Assembly (NCBI RefSeq): GCF_964194025.1
Contig: NC_134472.1
Location: forward strand, 31,434,001-31,498,000
Direction: 5' to 3'
Length of the DNA stretch: 64,000 nucleotides
From: Convolutriloba macropyga
Taxonomy: Eukaryota
This document shows positions 40,440-52,999 of this stretch, piece by piece; within the stretch, counting starts at the first letter, position 1; each line of letters starts with the position of its first letter. A program made the translations under genes and the position numbers. The notes below the pieces were generated by a model. It made no database searches. It saw nothing but the letters and a program-made list of their open reading frames with translations, and had not been told where the DNA came from.

Positions 40440-42930
40440 AGAGTTTTAAATCCGGATCTGTGAGTTGTATCGGAAATACGTCAGATGAGTGATCCTCGTT
40501 GTAGATGGAACTGAAGAAGAGCCGTGTTGTCGTGGCAGTGAAGTTGTGACCTGTGCCGTCGTCTAGAGTCCCTGTTAGTAGAGTGTTGACTAATGTCGTC
40601 AGTAAGTTATCCACTTCAGATGTGGTGCCAGTTACAGGGTGTGCTGGCCAATAACGTCAGTCCTGTCGAGCGTACCCAACTGTCTCTCACCGTTATGTAG
40701 TGAGGATTTACTCCCAGTTGGAGGATCGCTTTTAGTCTGTAGTCTCTGTCTAGTTGAACAAGGTGATTTCTGTTCATCTCCATCTGGTTCCGGGTTTTAC
40801 CGGTCAGATTTAACAGCTTACCTTCAGTTGAAAATCAATCTTTTAGCTACTGTGTGAGTTACTGGTTCTCTTAAACTTTTTGTGAGGTTTAGTGCCTGCT
40901 GAGTAAGCTCTGACCGGAGAAAAAAGAAAAGAACAGAACCTAATCTTCTTTTTAATTGTGGCAAAGAAGAAAAGAAAAAAAAGATTAAATACAGTGAAAA
41001 TAAAAAGAAACATAGAAATAAAGAAAAGATAACTTAACATGAGTTTGAGAACAGTGAGCCTCAAGTTTTGTGGGTCAGTGAGTACCAGTGGTAGGACTGT
41101 GGCTTACGTCTGGAACTCGAATTCGAAATCAAGGGCTCGGTTGTCCGGATCCCTGAAGAATTCAAGAAAATCCTTGTCTCGTGCAAGAAAAGCGGCAAGC
41201 GCACGTGTGTAGAGATCGATGTTGATGTGGGGTTGCAACGCTAGAAGGTGGTTGAGGATCTGTGTTCCATCTGGTGTTGGTTCCAGAATGGCCAGCTTGT
41301 CCACCATCCAGTCCCTGTAGGGGAGATTGATTGTGTGTCCGTACATGCGCGTTGTTGCGCCTCGCTCTACACGCTAAAAGTATTCAATGAGGACAAGGAT
41401 CGGGCGATGCGTTTTCGCGTAAAATGGGACAAACAAGAAATAATTTTTAATAGGGTCGAAGTTGCGGAGTGTTTCTTCGCAGTAAGTGGGATTAATTGTA
41501 TAGCTATAGTTCCATTAGTAGGTTGACGCGAGTTTAGTGTTGGCATACTGGAGGCGTGAATTCATTTGAACAAGAGCGTTAGTCCAATGAAAGTGGTGTT
41601 GGACGAAGAGATAATTGCGTATTGTGTGTAGCATATTTGTCTTGTTGACTTTGTGAGTTTGTTTGTTTAAATCCATTTAGTTTTTTATGCAAAAAACCAA
41701 ACTAAAGATAGAGGGATTCGTATTTTTGGTACAAGCGGTAGGGGGTGACATCTTTCGTGAAAAGTGTTTTCAGATAGTTGTTCTGACAATCTGCTAGTGC
41801 AACGAAATATTTGGATAGGTGCCAAAAACGCTCTGTGAAGCGGGGAAAAATTGTAAATTGAAGGCACTCCAGTGGGAGTTCCCTAAACCGTCCTGCTTCT
41901 ACATACTCCTTTCTCAACTGTCACAATGAGAATGAGCTTGCCGTTGGTTTCAACGTGTGGCGGAGTGAAAACATAGTTAATCCTCTTGGGGAAATAAACA
42001 CCCTGATCCCTGTTGATGCCCAGAGAGTTTGTGAATTGTAGAAATTTAAATTGTGGACCCGTTGCTTTGTGTAGCACTCCTTGTGTAGGGGCGAAGGGGT
42101 TGACTAGACCCATTGAAAATGGGGTCTGTGGGCCTCTGGAAGGGCTGGCGATGTACCGTGCAAGTGATTGTGAGGCCTGAATTGGGGAAGAGGGGACCGA
42201 GTAGATCTCATGCTTCATAGTCCTGGGCCGTCTCTTTGGGTAAGGATCCGTGCAAAAATAATTTTCGGTTGATGTCGGCCGATCATAAGGAGGGGTTGGG
42301 GGAAGTCAGTTGAGCTCAATTTGTGGGATTGCTGGTCCATAACTGTGCACTGGTGGAGTGTTAGCTACGAATGACAATGGTATGGGCGTCACTGGTGGTG
42401 GGTAGGTCATTGGCTGGCTACGCGGTCTCGAATTCGGCTTGATTAGGCTCAATTGGGGACCACTGTTTTGGGTGTTCAGCGGCCCGATTGTTACGCAGCG
42501 ACATCATCAGCCCAGGGAGAGCTTTATGGGGGTTGAGTTGGTAGCTGTGGCGCCAAAATGACGGCTGTGATGCCAGTGAAAATAGTTGTTGTGACTTTGG
42601 CACCGGCTGGGAGGCTTGGAACAAAAGTTATTGTGACGAACTTGTGGATACCATTTGTGTTGGCGGGCTCCTGTTGCTCTCGATGTATGAATGTAATTCC
42701 CCTGACAACGAAAAAGAAGTGGCGGGTGAAGGCAACGTATTCACCGGCGCATGAGTTGCTGAGTCCACGAACTGTGGCTATGGAGAAGCTTGGGCCAACG
42801 TGAAGAGGGTCAGCGTTTGCATCTCGCACACAAGTTCTGGTACGGGGGGAGGCAGCACCAGAGGCGTAAGAGTGGAAGGCAGGATGTCGTCGACATCCAG
42901 CATTATGAGGTCGTAAGCCGTAGGGTCGAC
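40440..42930 (-). pseudogene. 3' accessory ORF block (GC-richer, Pro/Thr-rich, unassigned)
   Basis: Fragments 42524-42829, 41883-42218, 41702-41917 and 41104-41346, preceded by a strong splice acceptor. Confidence 0.55.
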
Positions 42931-43299
42931 ATTTGGTGGGATGGGTGACCCTCCCTCTTGTTTGCCAGGAGTGAGAGTTGCGGTGTCGCTAAAATAAATT
43001 AAAAAGTTAAATTTGAGTATTTGATAAGTTTGAGATCAGTTCTTATGGGATTTCCTGACACTCAGGAACATTCTCAAAAAATCCTCAGAAAATGATATTG
43101 AACGTTAGCATTTACGTTTTCTAGACTGAAAAGTGTGTTAATGCAACGACTGAAAATCAAGATTTCGATGTGATTCTATCGGTAACTCAAAGCATTCATT
43201 TATAAATGTGGGGAGAGTAGAGGCCTTGTGCTTTTTGGAGTTATTGTCTACTGGAGAGGAAAATTTTTTATAAAAATTCTCAAACTTTCAGCGAAATAG

Positions 43300-45593
43300 A
43301 TTCAATCAATTTTGAGAATTCGAAGTGCTAATATCGACAGAGTGCTCACGTCTTGTCTCAGGCGATGGTGGGTTTTTTGTGTAGCGTCTGATTGTATTAC
43401 ATGAAAGATTGTCCGTGAGAATACTCCAAGAAATTCAGAAGTGATAATCTCAGCTAATGTGATATGCGGACTTGAGAGTGATTTGAGATTGTATGCGTTA
43501 AATGCGCTACAAAATAGTGCAAATAGGCATTTTTAAAAACTAAATACAGTCCATATATTAGCTATTTCTTTCAATAAGTACCAAGTATATCCAAAGATTC
43601 CGATGAAGGATTTTTTTCAATAGTTGCCGTTGATTAAATCACGCCAACCGAGACGGCAAAGTGTATTTTTTTTCTTAATAAAGAATTTGTTAAAACAATT
43701 GTTGTAACGACTTTGTAACTGTAAGAATTGTGCTTGTAATTGTCTGCAAAATTAACTGCTTGTGCTAATTCAAATTGCTCGGCGCCGTCATCTACTAATT
43801 GTTAAATTTATTTTTTTCTATTGAATTTGTCCAGTCTCTTTGACTATATATGCCAAGTTGTTCTGCAGTAAAAACCGCGTGGGTGAAGCGGTTTTCAGCT
43901 TCGTCAGGGGTGAAATTTTCAACGGGGTTTTGAGCTCTAAATGGGTAAGGCGTTAAGCGGAATGACTCATCACCATCTGGATCGAGTAATATTTGTTGAT
44001 CAAAATTTCAAGCTCTACATAGTGTTTTAATAGACCAAGGAAAAGTCTTGCGTGTTACTTGATCTACAAATTCAAGTTTATTTTGATAAAATATGGTAAT
44101 AAGTTCCAAAGATTGGTTTTCTAGATCATAAAGTGGCGAAGAGATAGTTCTACCTTGAAAAAGTGAAAGCACATCTGATATTATTAGCGTAGCGAATGTA
44201 TTTCGCTGTCCTGTGATAAAATATCCAACAAGTGAAAGTTTTTGTGTTAACAGAAAAGGGGCGGTCTGTATTAGATCTCTTTATAGAGTTTTTTATAATA
44301 AACTGATAGATTTTTGTAGTACAATTAAAATTAAACTCTGCTGTTCATATAGTCGAAATTAGCGTCAATCTGTACATTAGGATTAACAGCACCGAACCTA
44401 TTTTGTTTTTATTAAAAAGATAGTATTTTTCAGTTTTACGGTATATTGGAAATTCTTGTGGAAACCTCGTTACGGATATCTGCTTTAGTGTACCGTGTTA
44501 TTGAAGGTGCTTTATTTAGTACGGCTAAGTGTACGTCCTTAAATTTTGTGAAGGCTTTGCAGTGACAAAATTAAAACCTTCGTGTTTTTTGTATAAAAAC
44601 ATCTTGATATTGTGTTCCGTATCAAAGGTGATCCTCATTGCATATATAAATAGGTTTAGTGAGTACTTCATAAAGAGAGAATGCTAATTCATCATAGAGA
44701 TGGTTTTTTTGAAAACAACTATTAAACCTGTGTGCGTTTCATTATTTGCTAGTGTTTCATTAAAATGGAGTTTTTGAAATTTAATCATGCGTGCGTGAGA
44801 TCCACCAACCTCAATACTTCGAAAAAGAATATTTGGTTCCCAAATGAATTTGGCTTTAATAGCGTGATTAGGAGGGTAATAGCCTCTCAAAAGATCACAT
44901 TTATTACGTGTTTTATCATAATGGACACTTTCTGATTTAACTTCCAAACTAAGCGTGATGTTAGTTAATTGAAGTAACCATCTTAGTGTGTTATATGATA
45001 TATAACATAATTCCAAGTTTGAAGGCAAATGGTCGGTGGCGATCCAGCTGAAAACGGCCTTGTTTGGCTTCAGTGTTCACTTGCCAGCGTGGGTCGTTAA
45101 GTACATCAAATTGTATCATCTGTGCGTGTTAGTGATGTTTACTCACGAAACCAACGCGAGCAAAATCTCTACGAGCTTCAATTTCTGTGGGGAAGGAAGT
45201 TCTTTCCATATCGTTAACCTACCAATTATCGTGATCAAACCGGAAGCCCCTCCTAAGTGAGGTTTTGTGGTACAAATTTCTGTCGCAAAGTTATGCATAT
45301 ATAGCGTACGCGCGTACTTGAAGTGTTCGAATTTGTGAGAAGATAAAAACTTGCGCAGGGAGTATCTGGAAGTCTGCCGGTTTGATCTTACATTGGCCAA
45401 TCTTATTGAGTTTATAATACTGCATAATTGTGATATGCTGTGGTGAGCAATCATAGTGTGTTACAATTAAATCCTGAAATCCTGATTTGGGAGTAGAAAC
45501 GTTGCAATTATCAACCTTAATTGTTTGTTTTATGGGAAGTAAGAATAAAAAGAATAAATTAATTAGAAATAAGATCAAATTTGTAATAGTCAT
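43300..45593 (-). pseudogene. env: env: chuvirus/herpes gB-like (class III) glycoprotein, disrupted
   Basis: Signal peptide, then HYDCS...YKLNKIGQC, CDLLRGY....IWEP, ICNED..YGTQY.D.FI, ELITIFYQNKLEFVDQVTRK..C, QLGIYS. A hydrophobic remnant lies near 43500. Confidence 0.7.
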
Positions 45594-45699
45594 GTGTAAG
45601 AGAGTCCAGAGTGTGGGATGTAGAGGACCAAAAATCCTGCAGTGTTTTGTGTTTATCTATCAAATTTAAAGTGAATTTCTTGACAAATAAAGGATGAGG

Positions 45700-47676
45700 G
45701 ATTTGTTTTTACTCTAATTATAGCCGGAGCAGCAGCGTGTGGGTGAAAAATTAGTTTATCTTGTTCGACTACTATCTCAACAGAGAAATTAATCTTAGAT
45801 TGTTCAAGCATATCGTGTGCTCGTTGTGTTTTTACTGGTGTAATCTTGTATGATTTAGAGATTCGTTGTTTTGCGCAATTGTATAATTGTTCAAGGTTAT
45901 TATGATCTTCAAAAAGGCAGGTGGAAGAACTATAATTTTTGGATCTTTTTTAAATGCTTAAGTTGGGTAAGTTTGAGTGGCGTCAGGTTTTTTTTCCGAT
46001 ACATTTGAGAGAATGTTGGTCTGGATCTGGTGTGGGTGAATTTGAACTAAGAGTATTTATAGTTGGAGTACCCTGGATACTAAATGGTAGTGAGCTTTGA
46101 AAAGAAAGAGACGAATTGACTATATTGAATGAGTGAGTCCGGTGAGCTTGTGAAAGCAAACTTTCAATATTAGATACTGGTCCTTGTGGCGGATAAAAAG
46201 GATTATTTGCAATTTGTGAGGGAGTAAGTGACAAAAAATGTGAACTAATTGGATCAGAATTAAAGATGTCAGAGACATGACTGGTTTCTTGCGGAGCAGC
46301 TGCTATTGTAGAAACAAAATGAAGTGGCTGTGGCAATTCAGAACTACTAGTTTTATCTGTTAGCAAAATTAATCGGTTGAGTCAAAAATTGTGTTTTATT
46401 GGAATAATCAAGCAGTTCTAGTTCTTGTGCTCGTAGTGGAGCAGGTATGAATGGTGTTTGTTGTTGTAGAGTTGCGTTTATAAGAAAACTTGAGTATGGC
46501 AGAAAAGTTTGTGTATTTTTTTGTTGTTGTTGTGGTGTTTGCGCTTGTTGTATTTGCGTTTGACTTTGAGAGGTGGATATCGGATTACTAACTGAGGGGT
46601 AAAAAGGGGGGGGGTTCCTGTAGGACGAGGTCTATCTGTAGTTGTGGCAATAGTTTTGACTGAGTATGGATGTTCTTCTTTTTATTAAATAGTTTAAATG
46701 ATGACTTTTTAGGGATGGATTGTTTGGTAGTGTCACTGTACGAGCAACTTGGTGATTCTGAGACGGAGGTAGCTCTTGGGTTAGTATCGGGTTGTTGATT
46801 AGAGTACGCAATTTTGACGTTAATCGTTGGTCCAGAGTGGGGCAAAAATTACCATAGAATATCTTATAATGAGTGAAAGATGGAATAACAATTATTAATA
46901 AATTTATAGTAGGAATAATAAATTGGATTGCTGCAACGGTTGAATCTGGAGGGAGGACATTGTGTTGATAGATGAGATCTAAAAACTCAACAATAAAAAC
47001 TGTTAACAACTCTTCGAGCAAATGGTGTAATTTTTTTGAGAAATAATAGACAAATATTGAAAGGGTTGGTGATTCTGTTCTGTTTTTTTTAGAGTTGTTG
47101 GATTGTTCATCAAACATAAAAAGTTCTTCGTAAGAAGCTGGGACAGCATCCACTTTCAAAGTGTATACAATATTGTTATAGAGAAATTCACATAATTTGG
47201 GTGTTGATTGTGGAGGAAAAAGTGGAAGATAGAAGAGAGCAATATGTTTGTTGTTAAAGTCCCTTATATAAAAGACCCATTAACAACAAGTGTGTGGATA
47301 TAGTTGCTGGTCTAGGTTATAGAAAATATCTTGCAAACGTATTTGTTTTGTTTTAATATTTTGAATATACCATAAAGTATCAGCGTATGGGGTTGGTTCT
47401 ACAAAATAACACTTCAAGTCTGTGTTGTGAAGTAATTTGAATACTGTTTGTTCTATGAAGATCAGTTTGACTTTCAGTGCTGTGAGACTGAGAGTTGTGG
47501 ATTTTATGGAGGTGTACGCTGCTGTGAGCGAGTCTGTTCAATTTGTCCGTCTGTGAGCTATTTGATACTGCTTTTTTGTAGAGCTTGTTTGGACTAAGAA
47601 CTGTGCTGTGAGACAGTTCTGACTTTTCGAGAAAGAAAGTGAAAATTCCGGAAACAGAATTTTTTTTAGGAAACAT
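45700..47676 (-). pseudogene. Unassigned ORF block between integrase and env (globular part followed by Pro/Ser/Gln-rich part)
   Basis: Consecutive minus-strand fragments 47380-47676, 46632-47159, 46588-46845 and 45983-46366. Confidence 0.5.
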
Positions 47677-48293
47677 AGAAATTTTTATCTAAGTTAAGAA
47701 ATGAGATAGAGTGAAAAAGCGAGAGAGAAGTTGATAGAGTGAAGTTAGAATTTTATATTCAAAAAATAAGACAGAGAAGAAAGAAACATTTGAGTTGCAA
47801 ACAGGGTGGTCTGTGAAGTGACTTTAGACAATGCAGTTTAGCCTGACTACTACTTTTCTTAGGGGAGAAAAAACTTACCGAATCATACCTCGTTAAATTA
47901 TTCAGATTGGAGAATTATTCGCAGGCCGATCTGTGGGTAGGCTACTAACTTAAGTTTTGGTTTATTTACTTTCTTTTATTGTCGTCGGGAATGGCCTATA
48001 ATTCCCTATTTTTCATTTTCTGATGGAAGTTTATTGTGTTTCTGCCAGGGTAGCAGGTGGAAAGATAGTCCTCATGCTTTGTTCGCCTTATGGAGGGTCT
48101 TTGTTATTTTTTCCAAGGAAAGGTATTGTGAAGAAAATGAGAAGGGTGAAAGAACTATTCGAATTATCCCACTCGTATAAAAAACTGGGAAATTATAATT
48201 TTAGTCTATTTCTATACGGGGTGTTTAGTGTGTTATGCTAATTTGCATTGGGCTAAGGAGAGCGAGAGGCAATTCTGTGTGTTGCAGTAGTGG

Positions 48294-48325
48294 TATATAC
48301 ATACATACATATATATATATATATT

Positions 48326-48350
<25 letters not shown>
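48294..48350. repeat. (TA)n microsatellite
   Basis: Seen directly in the sequence. Confidence 0.95.
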
Positions 48351-48358
<8 letters not shown>

Positions 48359-48649
48359 ATATATGTATGTGTGTTTGAGAACTCTGCGTTGTTCTTGAAG
48401 CCCAAATTTTTGACTGTGATATGAAGGCTCTGTAATCTTTTGTCGGTTGTTTACGTGAACGATTGTCTCTAGTATTGTAGTTTTTCGAACTTTTTTCGGG
48501 TATTTCAGACAAACTGTAAGATGGCGGGGGAAAGTTCATTATTTGATGGTATGTCTGGGTTGTTTAGACTAAACGAGACAGATTTCGACTTTGTGATAGC
48601 GGGTTTTTTAGGGTGAAGTCGTAAAAATGAGTGGTCGGAAAAGTATTTT

Positions 48650-51600
48650 TCCTTCTGTTCTTGAATGAAGAGTTCTTTAGGGTAATATTAGTTACTTCGG
48701 TGATGGGTTATTTGTTTACCTGAAAAGTCCTCTAGTTTATATGTGACTAAAGTGGGAGTATCAATTATTTTGGAGGGTCCGACCTTTTGTAGTTGGATCT
48801 TCCTTGAAGTACCAATTTGTGGATTTTTATTTACATTAGTAACATAACTGTTAATTTTAAGTGGTTGAACCGTTCCGAACCGGCAATTTATGAACGTGCC
48901 TAAATGTTTATTCCCATTTAAATAAATTTGGAATTCGTTATACACTTCTGAGTGTATTTCCTCGCGATTTAGAAACCATTGTGCAAAGGTTCCTTCTCTT
49001 TTTTAATTTAAACTTTTTAATTTGGCGATGATGTTTAAGATGATTGATTTCTGTATGTTTTGTGAAGGAGTGGCACGGTGAGTTTTGTGAAGTCCGGGAG
49101 TTGCCAAAGCTATCTCTAGTTGAAGATAGAGTAAACATTTTTGGCTTTTTGGTGTTATGTCAAAGACGAGTTCATAAGGTGAAAGGTTCATGTTTGTTCT
49201 AATTTGTGAGTTAAATTCGAAGGGAAATGTTTTCAGCTTTTAAGACCATGTGTCGTACTGTGAATTTAAAACTGTGCATAAAAATGTATTTGGTTGGCGA
49301 TTGCCTTTTTTCTACTAGTCCATTGGACCGTGGTGCACTCAGTGTGCGTGGTTTAAATTGTACGTTGTATATGGGGCAAAATTGTGTAATTTCGCCCTTA
49401 ATAAAATGATTTCCATTATCAGTTACTAGAATATCAGGTATTCCGAATATAACTATCCAATTATCGAATAGTAACTTTAATGCTTTTGCTGCATCATTTT
49501 TCGGATTAGGACGGAGGACAACATTGTGTGTGAATGCATCAACAATTACATATACATAAGAGTTTCCGTATGAAGGTGGAGAGATTGCGCCTTTCGGGTC
49601 TAGAGAAATACAGTGGTTGAATTAAGGTGAAACTTTTTAAAATGGCTGTTGTGGTACCATAATAAGATTTGGCATGGTTAAGCTGGTTTGGCAATTTAAG
49701 CAATCATGTGTAAAGATTGCTATCCATGTTTTGATATTTGGAAAAAAATATGTTTCTGTTATTGTAGCATAGGTTTTGTCACGGTTGGTATGACCTGAAA
49801 TATCATGTGAATGTGCGACATGCAATACAGTTAGTAGAAAGGAAAGTGGTAAAAATATTTTATGTGATATAAAATAATGATTAGTTCCGTTTATGCTTAG
49901 ATTCGGAAAACGTCTATAATAGTGTAGCAGTCCCTTGATTGCTCGGACTGTTAACGAAGGGAGAGAGGAGCGGTTTTTGTTTTTTTTTGCAAAAAAGAAG
50001 TTGTCTTAAAACAGAATACTTTTGTTGAGTTTCTTGTAAAAATGTATCGGTTACTTCTGTCTGTTTGTCAAAGAAATAACTAAATATTTCTGGTGACTTA
50101 GGTATGAAATCATCCATTGCTGGGAGTGAAAATTTGATGCTATTTATTGAATCTGCATCATTTGCCTTTTGAGTATCTGGTGTGAATGGTTCTGTTTCAT
50201 TTGTATTCAGTGTAACATCTGTTTGTTTTACAATAGGATACGTTTCTAAGTGTGAATTGCCTTGTTTCAATTGTTGTTTTTTGTGATAATGGACAAGTTC
50301 TAGAGGTTGTGCTTTTGTTTTATATTCGTGGTATGAAAGGGGAAGATACAAATTGTTCTCTGGTTGTACTTTAAAATAGTCTTCTTTGATTTGTAGGTAT
50401 ATTGGAAAGTGTGGTGATTCTACAGCAATGTCTGTAGTTACTGTGTTATTGTATTCTTTTGATAAAGCATAGTGGCACTGCATCGGTTGAGTTTGTGGAT
50501 TATGTGTCATTAAGATTTTTATTGTATCGGGAGTTTCTACTATCCGTAGACGATGCACGTTTTGTGTTGTCGTTGAAAGTCAACGACCTAATATATCCGG
50601 AAGTGAAAGGTTATTGCCTTCCGTCCGAACTATAAGTAAGGAAATTTCATATTAGGAAATTTTATAAATATTAACTGGAATTCAAAAATTTTGAGATTTG
50701 GATTGCTCTTTTTATATAAATGAAACGAGCATGGGTTTGTGATCAAAATACAGGATAATATTGTGTTGTGACTCTTGGATAAAAAAATTCATAATCAGAG
50801 AGTGCGTAAATTACTGCAAAACGTTCACCAAGAAAATAAGCGAGAGATTGGGGAAACTAGTTCCAATTTTCCAAATTGTTTGTTCCAAATTGTTTTCCAA
50901 GTGCCGCTCCGATGCTATAGTTTGATGCATAACGTGGAATATAAAAGGGATTATCTGAACTAAGGAACGCTAGGCGTAGAGTGCCATCTGTAATTTTCTT
51001 TTTTTACTCTATCAAATGTTTCAGAGTCCGTTTAAAATTTACCGTATCTCGAAGATGAAGGTAGAAAGTTCTCAATTTAAATTGTAGGTTATAAAAGTTT
51101 TGAGATAAAGTTGAGAAAACCAACATATTTTTGTATTTCTTTTTTATTTTTTGGTGGTTTTAGTTTTAAGAATCCGTCTATTTTTGAAAAAGAAGGATTT
51201 ATTTGAAAGATTTAAGATTACACTTTAAGAATTTCGTTTTTGAGAATATTGTGATATTGTTCAAGTGTTTCCAACATTGTTTCTGTTATAGTGTCTTGAA
51301 CAAAAACATCTTCAAGATATTTGATAATTTAGTTTTTGCGGAATAGTGATTTAAATATACTACTTATAAAGGATGAGAAGACGGCTGGGCCAATAGAGAT
51401 ACCATATAATGAGCCTTTACGTCAAAATTATTGTTCTGCGATGACGAAATTAGTAAGTAGTTGTAACGGTTTGTCTAGCGGCTTTTGATTATATGTTCTA
51501 TTCATATCGGATAAAGAGAAAACTGGGCCTTTGATGCGTGTAAGTATTATTTGTATCAGCCCTATTGGCCAATTACATTTGGTTTTGTCAATCATTGTGT

Positions 51601-52850
51601 TCATCTGACGAGCGTCCAAGACAATTTTAAGTGACTCCCTTTTTAGAGTATAATTACAGGATTAATAAAGTTGTTCCCTGCAGTGAGAGAATCCGTATTT
51701 ACAGCTGCAGCAATATCTAAATGTGTCGACATGTCGAGTAAATGTTATACTCTTTCCTGTAATTGCAGAGGTATACGAGTAACTCGTTGCTTTTTAAATA
51801 CTGCTTCTGCCTTCAAAGAGAGATTTAATTCTACTTTGATTTTTCCTACATCAAATTTAGATGTAGCATAGCAATTTTTATATCTTATTAAAAGTTGTGC
51901 TAATTGTTCAAATTGTGTTTGTTATAGTCTAAAGTGTTCAAAATTGGAGATTGTGAGAAAAATACTGTCTGTTTTTGTGAACGTAGAGATATCAGATAGT
52001 ATGTGGAACGTTTTCTGTTGTGCTTTGTATTCAGGTGCTTGTTGCTTGGTGAGATTTAAGCAATAGAATTTTCTTTAGTGTTTCTGATGTAACGTATGTA
52101 ACGTAATTTAAAGTATAGGCATCCTTGAAATCTCTGAGTTCATTGACATGGTATTTTGTTGTATGAAACTCTTTGATTGAAAAATCTTGTTGCGCGTATC
52201 CAATCAATCAATTAACGAGTGTTAGTGGGTGATCTAAAGATTTTTGTCTAAGAATTTGAATGAACGATTGGTAAGAATATTCGAGTTTACTGATATCCAT
52301 TATAGAAAAACACATATTTCTATGGTGGTATAACTGAGAAATCAGATTTAAAAATTATACTTCCATTTGCATATTTGTTTTCACATTCGTATGCAGTAAG
52401 TGAATAAATTAGGATTTTGTGCTAAAAAATTGGAAAAAGTATGAGTGATCACCATCAATAGGAAATAATCGTGAATAGCATGGAGGTGATTCTGTTGAGC
52501 AATCATAGATATCATAGAAGGATTCAACATATTGTTCTAAAAATTCTGTTCCTAAATTAAAAAATTTTGGGTTTGAAACGTGAAAGGTGAGTTTTAAATT
52601 TAAATTAAGAGAAATCCTGTGTTCCGTTACCTCTGGTTAAAAAATAAGCTTTACTGATCCATTTGATTGTAATTTAGTGTTATTTGCTGCAATGCTGATG
52701 CTTTCAATTGTAATTCGTGGTACTCTCTGATTTCATTCCAAGTGTCTTTATCTAATACATTAAGCATTAAATGTAGCCCCCGAGTCTATTAACAAATCAA
52801 TTCCAAGTTGTGGTGGAGAAATTGTATTTGTAAAGTCGGGTGTCTGTTGT
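48650..52850 (-). pseudogene. pol: pol: protease, RT, RNase H, integrase (disrupted)
   Basis: LLIDSGAT at ~52786; YGISIGPAVF and YLEDVF at 51319; RNase H (Y)ASNYSIGAAL and DHKP; HHCC HSHDISGH...CLNCQ; IPDILVTDNG; GP-motif VGPSKII. Confidence 0.92.
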
Positions 52851-52999
52851 GTATACATTGTAAGTTGTTGTAACCAAGTATTACTTTCACACGATGCAGA
52901 ACGGATATATTCTTCTATGAGAGTATCTCATTTTTCCTGACAATTAAAATATACGTCTTGTGTATCTTAATTTAGTTCAAAAAGTAAATAATTGAATTG

